From: Macrostomum lignano
Taxonomy: Eukaryota
Direction of reading: 5' to 3'
NCBI GenBank assembly: GCA_002269645.1
Contig: NIVC01000725.1
Coordinates: forward strand, 434,296 to 498,295
DNA length: 64,000 bases
The position numbers and the translations under genes were made by a program. Under the pieces are notes generated by a model. That model had not been told where the DNA came from. It was given only the letters and a program-made list of their open reading frames with translations, and searched no databases. This document shows positions 23,769 through 36,185 of this stretch, in pieces; the first letter of the stretch is position 1, and each line of letters starts with the position of its first letter.

Positions 23769-24139
23769 AACCCGATTTTACATCTTAAAATTTCCCTTCT
23801 TTGAAGAACCTGAGTAACTATTTTTATTACTGTGAGCCAAGTGGAAAGAAAAAGTGATATAATCGTACAATTGTTCACTCTTTCTTTAATAATTCTTACG
23901 TAAGTTCTCAGCTATTTAAAATATAATTTTTACTCTCGCTTGCATTCCCTAACTTTAACACTGTTTCTGTGTAGTTTTTTGTTTTTTGCGAATCATTGGC
24001 ATCTTTTAGCTGTATATTGTGAGTTGTTTTTTATTCTGTGACTAATATTTTTTATTGTACTGGTATGCAACAAATGCATTCTGATGAAATGCTTGCATAA
24101 AATTTTTAATTTTCGTTTTGATGCTCAGGTCCAATCTTT

Positions 24140-25510
24140 GGTCTTAGAGTCCCGATCCTGACGCTTAGAGCCCAGATCCCCAGTCCTATAGTCCCGATCC
24201 TGAGTCTTAGAGTCCCGATCCTGAGTCTTACAGTCCTGATCCTGACTCTTATAGTCCCGATCCTGAGTCTTAGAGTCCCAATCTTGAGTCTTAGAGTCCC
24301 GATCCTGAGTCTTTGAGTCCCGATCCTGAGTCTTATAGTCCCGATCCTGAGTCTTAGAGTCCCGATCCTGAGTCTTAGAGTCCCGATCCTGAGTCTTTGA
24401 GTCTCGATCCTGAGTCTTATAGTCCCGATCCTGAGTCTTAGAGTCCCGATCCTGAGCCTTAGAGTCTCGATCCTGAGTCTTAGAGTCCCGATCCTGAGTC
24501 TTAGAGTCCCGATCCTGAGCCTTAGAGTCTCGATCCTGAGTCTTAGAGTCCCGATCCTGAGCCTTAGAGTCTCGATCCTGAGTCTTAGAGTCCCGATCCT
24601 GAGTCTTAGAGTCCCAATCCTGAGCCTTAGAGTCTCGATCCTGAGTCTTAGAGTCCCGATCCTGAGTCTTAGAGTCTCGATCCTGAGTCTTAGAGTCCCG
24701 ATCCTGAGTCTTAGAGTCCCGATCCTGAGTCTTAGAGTCCCGATCCTGAGCCTTAGAGTCTCGATCCTGAGTCTTAGAGTCCCGATCCTGAGCCTTAGAG
24801 TCTCGATCCTGAGTCTTATAGTCCCGATCCTGAGTCTAAGAGTCCCGATCCTGAGTCTTAGAGTCACGATCCTGAGTCTTAGAGTCCCGATCCTGAGTCT
24901 TAGAGTCCCGATCCTGAGTCGTAGAGTCCCGATTCTGACTCTTATAGTCCCGATCCTGACTCTTATAGTCCCGATCCTGAGTCTTTGAGTCCCGATCCTG
25001 AGTCTTTGAGTCCCGATCCTGAGTCTTAGAGTCCCGATCCTGAGCCTTAGAGTCTCGATCCTGAGTCTTAGAGTCCCGATCCTGAGTCTTAGAGTCCCGA
25101 TCCTGAGCCTTAGAGTCTCGATCCTGAGTCTTAGAGTCCCGATCCTGAGTCTTAGAGTCTTGATCCTGAGTCTTAGAGTCCCGATCCTGAGTCTTTGAGT
25201 CCCGATCCTGAGTCTTAGAGTCCCGATCCTGAGTCTTAGAGTCACGATCCTGAGTCTTAGAGTCCCGATCCTGAGTCTTAGAGTCCCGATCCTGAGTCTT
25301 AGAGTCCCGATCCTGACTCTTATAGTCCCGATCCTGACTCTTATAGTCCCGATCCTGAGTCTTTGAGTCCCGATCCTGAGTCTTTGAGTCCCGATCCTGA
25401 GTCTTTGAGTCCCGATCCTGAGTCTTAGAGTCCCGATCCTGAGTCTTAGAGTCCCGAGTCCCGATCCTGAGTCTTATAGTCCCGATCCTGAGTCTTAGAG
25501 TCCCGATCCT
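24140..25510. repeat. Intergenic minisatellite, 21-bp unit GAGTCCCGATCCTGAGTCTTA
   Basis: About 65 units. Confidence 0.95.
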
Positions 25511-26017
25511 TTAGTTTCTCTTGGAAAGAAGACTTAGTCTTCTATCTGTGTCCTTGTTTTTTGCTATTTAAAAAATTAAAAAACTGTTATATGTGTACAA
25601 GTTGCTTGCTTTCGTTATATATTCAGTTGTCCGTCCAGACCAAAAATTGATATCTTTGAACCAGAAAATCCGTCCGCTCTATTATTATTCTTGATCTTGA
25701 AATATTATTACCCAACTGCCGCAACGGCAGGCTTTTCCGAGCTGCACGCAGCAATGTAAATATTGTTCTCTGCGTATTTTACACCAAATACTTTCTTAAT
25801 TTTAACTTTGCTATAGTTTCTATTTTTTACGGCGCAGATATTTTATGAGCTAAAATCGAAATAAAACAAAATTTTTAGATGTTAAGAAAGCTTCGTTGAA
25901 TGCGTTTTTTATTTTTTATTAAAAATCTTCATTACACTACTGATTCTAATTTGAACAGTAGAAAAATGCTAACATTGTTATCTAAATTTTTATACTATTT
26001 CTAATCGTTAATTTTTT

Positions 26018-29000
26018 ATGCCTATAACAGAGAGGGAAGCTACAAAGCAAAAAAACCGCATGGAAACCATTGACGCAGTCGACATTGAGTCGTCGTCGTC
26101 TTTGCCAGCAGTTTCCGATACGGAAACGGAGGAGAACTCTCTGCCAACAGTGGCGGCCGCTGCCGCAGACGAAGTTGCCGAATTAATTGATACAGGCAAC
26201 GATTCGCAGTCATCGACAGCGGCGTCGGAAGCGACTTCCTCCTCCTCCTCATCGGCGTCGGTTTCGGCCGCAGCTGCAGCCGCCGCCGCCGTCGCCGCTA
26301 GCGATCCACAGTCCGGCGACGAGGCCGCTCCAGGAGCCGCTGCCGCCGCGCCGGCCCAGGATCTGGAGTTTGTATACGCCGATGCCGACGAATATTCGGT
26401 TGAAATAGCCGAGCTGTACACCTACACTGAGGAGGCCGACCTGCGGGCTAATCAGGTCGCTTTTGATCAGCTGTTCGACGAGTTTCATCAGCACGATGAG
26501 CAGAAGCAGCAGCAGCAGCATCGCTGGACTAAGCTGGACGATCCATCTAGACGGGCTTTCATCGAGCGCCTGTTGAACATGCTGGACCTGGGCGGCAGCG
26601 GTGTCGGTTCAGAGGATCGGCGCAAACGCCTGTCGGCAGTTCGAGCCCTGCTGTACATTGCGCAGGGTAATTGGGGAGAATGCGACCTGGAGGAGGACCA
26701 GCTCAGGTGGACTCTGCACAATGCTCACCTATTGCTAGTGAGCGGCGCTTATCAAGGTGTCTGCCAGCTGCTCTGCATGGAGATTGACGCTCCAATGGCT
26801 TCGTCGTCTGCTGTGCAAGCTGCTGCGGCCAACTCTGCTGGCGGTTCCGCTGCTGCTGCGGCCGCCGCCGCCGCTGCTGCCGCCGCTGCTGCCGCTGCTG
26901 GTAAGCTGATGCACTATTAGCGCCCATCTCACATTTGAGATGGTTTAGTCTTCAAAATTGGTGGGAAACACCAGCATCTCAGCTTAGCTGAAAATCGTCC
27001 CTGAGCCTACCCTGAAAATCGCCCCTGAACTTACTCTGAAAATCGCCCCTGAACTTACTCTGAAAATCGCCCCTGAACTTACCCTGAAAATCGCCCCTGA
27101 ACTTACCCTGAAAATCGTCCCTGAACTTACCCTAAAATCGCCCCTGAACTTATCCTGAAAATCGTCCCTGAACTTACCCTGTAAATCGCCCCTGAACTTA
27201 TCCTGAAAATCGTCCCTGAACTTACCCTGTAAATCGCCCCTGAACTTATCCTGAAAATCGTCCCTGAACTTACCCTGTAAATGGCCCCTGAACTTACCCT
27301 GAAAATCGCCCCTGAACTTACTCTGAAAATCGTCCCTGAACTTACTCTGAAAATCGTCCCTGAACTTACCTTAAAAATTGCCCCTGAACTTGCCCTGAAA
27401 ATCGCCTCCTGAGCTGTGCTAAAGTCGCTCTGGTTTAACCCAAAAATTCCCCTGAACTACCTCGAAAACCGCCTTTGAACTACCCCGAAAACCGCCCAGA
27501 GAACTACGCTGATATACCTGGCATTTATGTAGAATCGCCCATCAACTACAGGCGGCAATTATCCCGGCAAAAAGTCGGGATCAGCCGGCGGCCAATCCGG
27601 TCCCGGCGGCAGCGGCAGCAACATAACGTTGAACGATTCTACTGAGCTGCGCCTCATGCTCAGCCTGCTGTACATTCTAGTTGAAACTGCGCGCTGCTTT
27701 CCGCACGGCGATCACGCCGAAGGATGGGCCAAGGCTAGGGAGCACCTCATCCAGGAGCTGCAGGTAAGGCGTAATGGGATTTATTTATTTTTTACTTCAA
27801 TCTTAGCCTAAACTCTTCTATTAATAGTTTGCCACTGCTCAACCTCATTCGGCACCCATATCTATCCTACTTTATTTTAGCTGCTGTACCTTCTACCTTA
27901 ATTAGCCATTCACCCATCTAATTTATCTATTTACCTCTAATCTAATGAGCCACCCACCTCTGCCCTAATTAGCCACTCACCTCTGCCCTAATTAGCCACT
28001 CACCTCTGCCCTGATTAACTACTCACCTCTGCCCTAATTAGCCACCCACCTCTGCCCTAATTAGCCACACACCTCTGCCCTAATAAGCTACCCACCTCTG
28101 CCCTAATTAGCCACCCGCTTCTGCCCTAATTGGCTACCCACCTCTGCCCTGATTAGCCACTCACCTCTGCCCTGATTAACTACTCACCTCTGCCCTGATT
28201 AACTACTCACCTCTGCCCTAATTAGCCACCCACCTCTGCCCTAATTAGCCACCCACCTCTACCCTAATTAGCTACCAACCTCTACCTTAATTAGCCACCC
28301 ACCTCTGCCCTAATTAACTACTCACCTCTGCCCTAATTAGCCACCCACCTCTGCCCTGATTAGCTACCAACCTCTACCCTAATTAGCCACCCACCTCTGC
28401 CCTAATTAGCCACCCACCTCTACCCTAATTAGCTACCAACCTCTACCTTAATTAGCCACCCACCTCTGCCCTTAATTAACTACTCACCTCTGCCCTAATT
28501 AGCCACCCACCTCTGCCCTATCTAGCCACCCACCTCTGCCCTGATTAGCTACCAACCTCTACTCTAATTAGCCACCCAGCACCTCCACCCTATCTAGCCA
28601 CCCACCTCTTCCCTAATCAGCCACCCACATGTACTCTAATTATCTGGTTATCAACAGATCTCTGCCCCAGTCAGTCACACCTCTGCAGCGATCATAGCTA
28701 ATTATCAATTAAAACATTTCTCTCCCGGCAGGAGCCAATCGTTGGCGAAGACTGCCTGGCCATCCTCCTATTCAACATGGTGACCAAGTTTTGCAGCAGC
28801 GCAGCGCCGCACTACCCGATGCGAAAGGTGCTACTGCTATTGTGGAAAGTTGTACTGTTAACCCTTGGCCCGCTGCCGGAGTTGCACAAGCGCAAGAATG
28901 AGCTCAGAGAGCGACACGGCCTGGCGCCAGTCACGGAAGAGACTGCCACAGTGTGCGGCAGGATGCGAGCCTCCAGCCCGCCAATGTCTGCTGCGGATAT

Positions 29001-32000
29001 GTTCGACCAGATGCCCAGGCGGAGGGCTAGCCGGAAGTCGCTGGCTCCCAAGGATCCGGTGGCTGGTGAGGCGGAGTCATGGCACTGCGGATATGACTAC
29101 TCATATAATGAGCACTGCGAGAATGTCTACATTTCCGTGACAATGAGCAGTCAGATTGACTAGATTTCCGTGACAATGATCAGTGTCAGAATGACTAGAT
29201 TTCCTTGACAATGAGCACTGTCAGAATGACTAGATTTCCTTGACAATGAGCAGTCAGAATGACTAGATTTCCGTGACAATGAGCACTGTCAGAATGACTA
29301 GATTTCCTTGACAATGAGCAATGTCAGAATGACTAGATTTCCTTGACAATGAGCAGTTAGAATGACTAGATTTCCTTCACAATGAGCAGTTAGAATGACT
29401 AGATTTCCGCGAAAATTTTCTGCAGGCGAAGATCAGCAGCCAAACCAGCAGCAGCAGCAGCAGCAGAGCCGGCGCAACCAAGCCAGAGGCGATCTGCTTC
29501 TGCAACAGCAGCTCCAACAGCAGCAGCAATCCCGCTGTCTGCACTGGCGTCCGAAAGTGTCTGAACGCGATCTGGAAGCCTACCTGCAACAGGTGCGCGC
29601 TAAATTTGTCGGCTTCCGAGTGCAAGGCGACTTAACCAGCCTTGCCGGCCTCCCAGCCCCCATTCACGAGAGCGTTAAAGTGCTGCGACAGAATCTCTAC
29701 GTCAGCCTAGCGGAGATGCAGATGCGACAAGAGCGGGACATTGTCAGCTATCCGCTTACTAAGGGCCGAGCTGAGGTAACTTTGTGTGTGTTTGCTTATG
29801 TGGGTTTTAGCAGCTTCCTTAACTTATGCTGTCACGCGTTACAAACGCTATGAGTGATTCTATAGCATCCCTTGAAGGAATCAGGAACATACAGAAAGGA
29901 AAATTAAGCTTTAGAGCTTTAGAACCGGGTGCTTTAGCACCAGGAGCTTTAGCACCAGGGGCTTTAGCACCAGGGGCTTTAGCACCAGGGGCTTTAGCAC
30001 CAGGGGCTTTAGCACCAGGGGCTTTAGCACCAGGGGCTTTAGCACCAGGGGCTTTAGCACCAGGGGCTTTAGCAACAAGGGATTTAGCACCAGGGGAATT
30101 AGCACCAGGGGCTTTAGCACCAGGGGCTTTAGCGCCAGGGGAATTAGCACCAGGGAATTTAGCACCAGGGGCTTTAGCACCAGGGGATTTAGCACCAGGG
30201 GCGCCAGCACCAGGGGCGCCAGCACCAGGGGCGCCAGCACCAGGGGCGCCAGCACCAGGGGCGCCAGCACCAGGGGCGCCAGCACCAGGGGCGCCAGCAC
30301 CAGGGGCGCCAGCACCAGGGGCGCCAGCATCAGGGGCGCCAGCACCAGGGGCGCCATCACCAGGGATGCCAGCAAGTATCACTGGAAGCTCGCATTAAAG
30401 AGAACAAGAGGCTTATGATATCGTTGAAATTTATTTTATTAAGACCTAAATTTCGCTCCAAATTTTCTTACTCAGGTAATACCTGACACCCCAGCCGAGC
30501 ACCTCTACCGGCAGATGATGCCGCACATACCGCAGTACATGATCGCCCTACTCAAAGTACTGCTGGCTGCTGCTCCGACTAGCAAGCCGAAAACTGAGAC
30601 TATCAATCTGGCATCGGATCTGCTGCCGGCTGCCGACGGCATGCCGCAGACTCTGGTGCAGTCTCTGAGGCTTAGCGTTGATGTTAATAGGCACAAGGAA
30701 GTGATTGTCAAGGCTATTTCGGCTCTGCTGCTGCTGCTGTTGAAGCACTTCAAGGTTTGTTAGGATTTTTGTTGTGTTTTAGAAGCAGATTTAAGTCGGT
30801 TTAGAAGGTGGGTGAGGATAACAGCCCACAACTGAAGATTTGGAGGGTGGGGTGGGTGTAGCAGCCCACAACTGAAGATTTGGAGGGTGGGGTGGGTGTA
30901 GCAGCCCACAACTGAAGATTTGGAGGGTGAAGGATCGGAGGGTGGGTAGGGGGTAGCAGCCCGTAAATGAAGGATCGGAGGGTGGGGTGGGTGTAGCAGC
31001 CACAACTGAATATTTGGAGGGTGGGGTGGGGATAACAGCCCACAACTGAATATTTGGGTGGGGTAGGGTGGGGTGGGGCAGCAGCGAACCGAAAGCACCC
31101 TTTGGCTTAACACTTCAGTCGTACTAACAATATTGACATTCCCATTCCAGGTAAACCACGTGTACCAATTCGAGTACGTATCTCAGCACCTGGTGTTCGC
31201 CAACTGCATCCCGCTAGTGCTGAAATTCTTCAATCAGAACATTCTTAGCTACGTAGAATCGAAGAATAACATTTCTCAGTTAGATTTCCCGGCTTGCGTT
31301 GTACGCTCGGGCGAGGACTCGATGCTGACTTCGTCTGGCGCTGGCAGCGGCGCTGTCTCGGCTGTGTCGGCAATGTCCGAAGCCGAGGCTCTGGCCCAGG
31401 AGCCCAGCTTTCCGGGCGATTTCTGCTGGCGCAATTTGTTCAGCTGCGTCAATCTGTTGCGTGTGCTGAACAAGCTGACCAAGTGGAAGCACAGCCGGAC
31501 CATGATGCTGGTTGTGTTCAAGTCCGCCCCGATTTTAAAGCGAGCCTTGAAAGTTCGCAATCCGCTGCTGCAGGTGAGCTGTTGTTGGCTCCTGGGAGGG
31601 GACGTGGGTTCGAATCAAGGACGGCTTAAGTGGAAGCAATCTTTTTTTATTAGAGGCAGGGGGGTTGTGTGCACCCTGGCGCACTTTAAGCGACATTCGC
31701 ACACAACCGGCGAGAGGCATTGCTGCCCATTCCGCCGACTCCCCTGAACAGGCATACAAGCGCGCGGATACGTACGCAGGCACTCACACAGGAGTGTACA
31801 GCGGCCCTAACTTATATTATCGTTAGGCATGTACACTTCACTGCGCCTTGGGGGGGTTGGCTCTCAAGGCCGTTAATTACACGAGCAGAGCCAAGCCGAG
31901 ATTCCAATTCAGCCCCAAATTAATGTGACTGCACTTGGAATCGAGCCTGGGTCGCTGGCACATCAGAGCAGCTGCGCTACCGCTGGGCTACGGCCCCTTA

Positions 32001-35000
32001 AGCAATCTTTTAGTTGGAAGCAGATCGAATGCTCATCGAGAAGAAATCTATTGATTGGAAAGTTATTTTTAACTTTCCAGACTGTGTTTACTCTTGTGAA
32101 CGACAGTAATGTCTAAATTAGATGAAATTTTAGCTACAATGCCTTGTATGCCTGCTTAACTCGACTGCAGTGCTTCAGTTCACCCAGCTGTAAAATGGGT
32201 GCCAGCATTAGCTGGGGTGATTGAGGCTGTGTGTGGCGACTCCCCCAGTCCTTGGACTGAACAGCCGTACGCAGCCTTTAGATGCGCCGCGCAATAGCTG
32301 CGGCTGAGCTGTCGGTTGCACATCTGCTCATTAGGGCAGGTGTGAATCAGTTATTATATTATTATTATAATCATACGAAAGGTTTTATTACAGAAGAAAT
32401 TAAATAATTTTTGTCATTTTTATACGGTTAAAACTTTCAGAAAAATTTCGCGAAAAGAAACTGAAAAAATTAACGTCGTAATAATTAAGAAAACAACATC
32501 AAGTCGACTTTCGCTTTGATCTACGGCCTACTGACCAATGCCTCCCTGGGAACTGACTTAGTGAAAACACCTTTCAAGTTCACGTCAAAGAAAAAGTGAC
32601 TCGGAAACGCTTTGAAAGAAACTAAGCCACTGGTTTGGGGGACTGATAATTAACAAATTTTAAATTTGAGCTTGCTGCAGGATCTTAAATATTTAGTTTG
32701 CCGAAAACTTTATCGCTCAGGATAGATGAGTATATATAGTTGGTTATGTAAGTAACAAACTGCGAAGCTATGATTAACAGCAAGTAGAATTTGGTAGTAG
32801 CAATCAACTTCTAGATGCAAAAAGTGCAACTATCTGCTTGTTAGAATGTTCTCTGCAATCAAACAGCCGAGTAGTCAATGCTCAATTCAGCGTGAGAACT
32901 TCTCCCAGTTGGCGTCTGTCTCGATTGCAGCTTCAACAGCCGCGTCTCCGTGTAGAATCTGCCGACAAGCCGATGTAGCCTTGTTGAATAAGACAGACTT
33001 GCAGACTGGATTGTTGGCGCATAGAAAGGCGCAATGAATCTCACTATGAACAGTCAGTTGCTCGCCAATGCATTTGAACGGTGAAACTTCTGGCGGCTTG
33101 TTCGTAGGCAGGTCGATCTTGGAAAATACAGTCTTGCTGCTGTAGCCCTGCAGTCCTGGCTCGCAGATGAAGCCATATTTGGTGCTGCAAATGCCGTCGC
33201 AGAGTCTCAGTGGCGAGAAACTATTTTGGCCTAGTAATATCAGACAGTCATCAGTGCTGTCTTTATTGTCTGGCCTTCCAGTATACCAAAAGTCATTGTT
33301 GACAGGCAGCTCTCCATCGTCAGTGCTTATCCAACCAGCCCTAGACTGACCGGTCTCTTTCAACATGTCAGTGAAGCCTAAATGGTATCTTTCAATGTTG
33401 CCGCGTGGACCTAGTTTAGGCTGCAATGCGATTAGAGTGCTTACAGTGCTCAACAACCGGCCGCCAATTGAGTTGCAGAAGGCTTGAGCATCGCACCAGT
33501 TCAAATTTTTATTGCCAGATTGTAGCGGCTTGATGTACAGACAGAATCCATTCTGCATAGTGAAGTTTGCTGGGCAACTAGTTGCAAAAGACACCTGCAC
33601 GATAATAAGTTGGAAACTCAAGAGGTTGAGTAGACTGCTCAGCAAAGACGCGTCGACTTTGACGAGCATGACGATTCACTTGGTAGATTACGTCGTATTT
33701 CTGAGCTTGCTTGGGTGAAAACCGAACGTTGGATGTAGTTAACTGTTTTTTGAAGACTTGAGCATATCTAAATAACAGTCCGTATGCAATATGAGAAAAT
33801 TTGCCAAATGCTATCCGCTTTGTCTGTATTATTTGAAGAAAATCAAGCTGTTTCTAGAGCATAAAACTGAAGACAATGATTGACAGCAAGAAAAAAGCCA
33901 TGACACAATGGCTGTTGTTAATTGGCTATTTTATCTGTGAAACCTGTATTCTGACATTGTCAATGTTTGCCAATTAAGTATACAGTACTTTGGATATCTA
34001 CACGTTTATAATGCTTGCTACAAAAACGACTGCTTGTTAAAATTCAAAGAAATATGGGAACGCCTACAGATGTATCAAACAGCAGAGCTAAAAGCACAAT
34101 CGTTTGGCTGCAATGTAACCTATTGTAAGAGGATCAAGCCGCATATTAAAATTAAATACGAAAATTTAAAAACCTTGAAGGTACATTTGCCAAATAACTA
34201 GGATGAAAAATTACCCTAAACGACTCTTCTCGCTTCTTGGACCATATGAAATATTTAATAATCGATTAAACGAACTTACCAATGTCCGATCTGTACGGCC
34301 TTTGCAGTAAATGTGCTTGCTTTACGGGTTATGTGAAACCATAAATTCTGCACTATGAATAGTGTTAATGGTGTTAATTGTTATCGGACCGATGATAAAT
34401 TAAAACAGCCTTTTAGAGGAATATGATACTTCCTAAACGCATGCGTTAGTCGAAAAATTCTGGCTAAAACAGAAAACTTTTGAAAAATCATGGAGCTACG
34501 AGTATAGATCGATCGAATAAAAAATAGTTGCTCTAGGAATACAGTAACCTGCTAAAATGACAAGCAAGCAATTTAAAACAATCTAAGAATTGAAACAGGG
34601 AGATACAACAAGGGTCGAATGTAAGCGTTATTGCAATTCTAATGTGAAAAATGCTTTCCTAATAACTGCCCACATCAGGTTGGACAGCTATAGGTCTCAG
34701 CTTAAGAAAATCTGTCCCAACATAATGATACAACATAGCATTAACAGTTCTCTACAATTTTAATCAAGGTGTACGCACTGAAGCTGATCAAAGCGCAGAC
34801 AAAGTACATGGGCCGGCAGTGGCGCAAGATTAACATGACAACAATGTCGGCAATTTATGAGAAAGTCCGACATCGCCTAACAGACGATTGGGCGTTTGCC
34901 AACGATCTGGATGCTAGGCCGTGGGATTTTCAAGCCGAAGAATGCTCATTGCGCAGTGCCGTAGATCGGTTCAATCAGCGCAGGTACTCGGCAACTGGGC

Positions 35001-35176
35001 CGGCGGCCACTTTGCCAGACACCCTGGCCCCGGTTGACAACAATGTTAGCAGCGTGTTGAGCACCCAGGTGACTTTGACAGATCATTTCAAGAGGAATTA
35101 TCAGCACTGGCTTGAGCAGGAGGTGTTCTCCGCGCCTATTAATTGGGACCTAGTGTTGAGCTCTATGCGTACCTGA
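26018..35176 (+). CDS. STRIP1: Striatin-interacting protein (STRIP1/2, FAM40); exons 26018(or 26060)..26900, 27552..27763, 28732..29065, 29426..29775, 30476..30754, 31151..31573, 34769..35176
   Basis: [133 protein letters not shown] are all STRIP/FAM40 motifs. Phases 1/0/1/0/0/0 are consistent. One-to-one assignment to STRIP1 versus STRIP2 is not possible. Confidence 0.93.
26990..27500. repeat. Minisatellite, 24-bp unit CTGAAAATCGCCCCTGAACTTACC, STRIP intron 1
   Basis: About 18 units plus degenerate tail. Confidence 0.93.
27950..28640. repeat. Minisatellite, 23-bp unit CACCTCTGCCCTAATTAGCCACC, STRIP intron 2
   Basis: About 29 units. Confidence 0.95.
29130..29410. repeat. Minisatellite, 33/35-bp unit GTCAGAATGACTAGATTTCCTTGACAATGAGCACT, STRIP intron 3
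   Basis: About 8 units ending about 15 nt before the acceptor. Confidence 0.93.
29920..30372. repeat. 15-bp minisatellite AGCACCAGGGGC(TTT/GCC), STRIP intron 4
   Basis: About 30 units. Confidence 0.95.
30815..31080. repeat. G-rich minisatellite, about 40-bp unit GCCCACAACTGAAGATTTGGAGGGTGGGGTGGGTGTAGCA, STRIP intron 5
   Basis: About 6 imperfect units. Confidence 0.85.
31646..31997 (-). mobile_element. tRNA-derived SINE (family 1), full-length copy in STRIP intron 6
   Basis: Reverse complement of the 2587-2943 copy with about 10 differences by eye. TSD AAGCAATCTTTT at 31634-31645 and 32000-32011. Confidence 0.92.
32141..32368 (+). mobile_element. 5'-truncated SINE of a second family with a CORE-like central motif and an (ATT)n tail
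   Basis: CAGTTCACCCAGCTGTAAAATGGGTGCC (32176-32203) resembles the CORE-SINE central motif. The 3' segment AGCTGCGGCTGAGCTGTCGGTTGCACATCTG...TTATTATT recurs at 39996-40054. Confidence 0.6.
32887..33669 (-). CDS. Secreted C-type-lectin-like + PAN/Apple domain protein (260 aa), intronless, nested antisense in STRIP intron 6
   Basis: Hydrophobic N-terminal signal-like stretch. CTLD skeleton [14 protein letters not shown]...[29 protein letters not shown]-like [18 protein letters not shown]...C. Confidence 0.85.
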   Translation of the reverse strand: MLVKVDASLLSSLLNLLSFQLIIVQVSFATSCPANFTMQNGFCLYIKPLQSGNKNLNWCDAQAFCNSIGGRLLSTVSTLIALQPKLGPRGNIERYHLGFTDMLKETGQSRAGWISTDDGELPVNNDFWYTGRPDNKDSTDDCLILLGQNSFSPLRLCDGICSTKYGFICEPGLQGYSSKTVFSKIDLPTNKPPEVSPFKCIGEQLTVHSEIHCAFLCANNPVCKSVLFNKATSACRQILHGDAAVEAAIETDANWEKFSR

Positions 35177-36116
35177 TGTCGAGGACTTCTAGTATTTTGT
35201 TTATAGTTGAATTATTCAGACTGCACTGGCTTATTTGTTTATTTTTTATGTATCACAGTAATGCTATGCTGTAGCGTAAATCGCGTTGTTGACTAATCAA
35301 TTTTTGTATCAAATGTGGAGTTAACTTTAGCTAATCATTATATAAAGCATGTTTTGGAGGGTTAAATACGGAGTAGTTAAATAGAAAGCATGAAAGCATT
35401 AGTAGTAGTGTATGCTTATATCTGACAAGTTTAGGTTTACAAAAACAAATTTGTTTATTAAAAATTTACAAGCGTTATATATTAGTTTGCTAGGATTTTG
35501 AGTAAATTCCATGCCTGTGCTGACTAACCGCTTATAATAACTGTTCACTTATTCAAATGCGTGCCTCTTAAACTTCGCTTATTTATATTTGCGCGACCGT
35601 CAAATAATTCAAGTGCTTCTCAATAACTTATTAATAATACAAGCTCCTAGTTTTGTTTTCATTTTTTTCTGTTTCATCACGCTTTTTTTAATTTGTACGT
35701 TTCAATGCTAAAATGCGCTGTATTCTACTATACAGTAGTGAGAAATTGCTATATAGAGAGTGCAAGTGTAATATTGGTGAATTAGTTCTATGATAATCTA
35801 TCACCTCTCGCGTGCATGCTGGCTAATAAAAAATTTATATAAACCCACTGTCCTCTAAATTTTATTTCACCATTGAATTCAGTTTGCAAATAAAATGTCG
35901 TCTTCGGTTTACTTAGATTTTATATGTTTTATAGGGGTTCATAGTAGGAATTATAGATTTTTCTATTGCAATGGAACTTTTGTAAATAAGACAAGAACTT
36001 TAGGTGGATCATTTTAGAACTTTTGTGACCCTGACTGACCCACCAGGGTTCAGGGATCTTAGGCCTAGGAGATTTGTCCAGGGCTAAGGTGGCAGGCGCT
36101 CATCGTGCTCAATCTG

Positions 36117-36117
<1 letters not shown>

Positions 36118-36160
<43 letters not shown>
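36118..36160. repeat. (CT)n microsatellite
   Basis: Direct observation. Confidence 0.95.
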
Positions 36161-36163
<3 letters not shown>

Positions 36164-36185
36164 ATCTCTCTCTTTCCAACTCTAC

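Noticed and set aside
22378-25245. ORFs with (LSDPIHPLFTH)n, (GMNGIRQVSKK)n and (LRLRIGT)n
   Set aside because: Stop-free frames of 33-bp and 21-bp minisatellites; no coding signature.
29819-30398. Elastin/collagen-like [10 protein letters not shown] ORFs on both strands
   Set aside because: Lie wholly inside STRIP intron 4, which is bounded by valid splice sites; a 15-bp repeat artefact.
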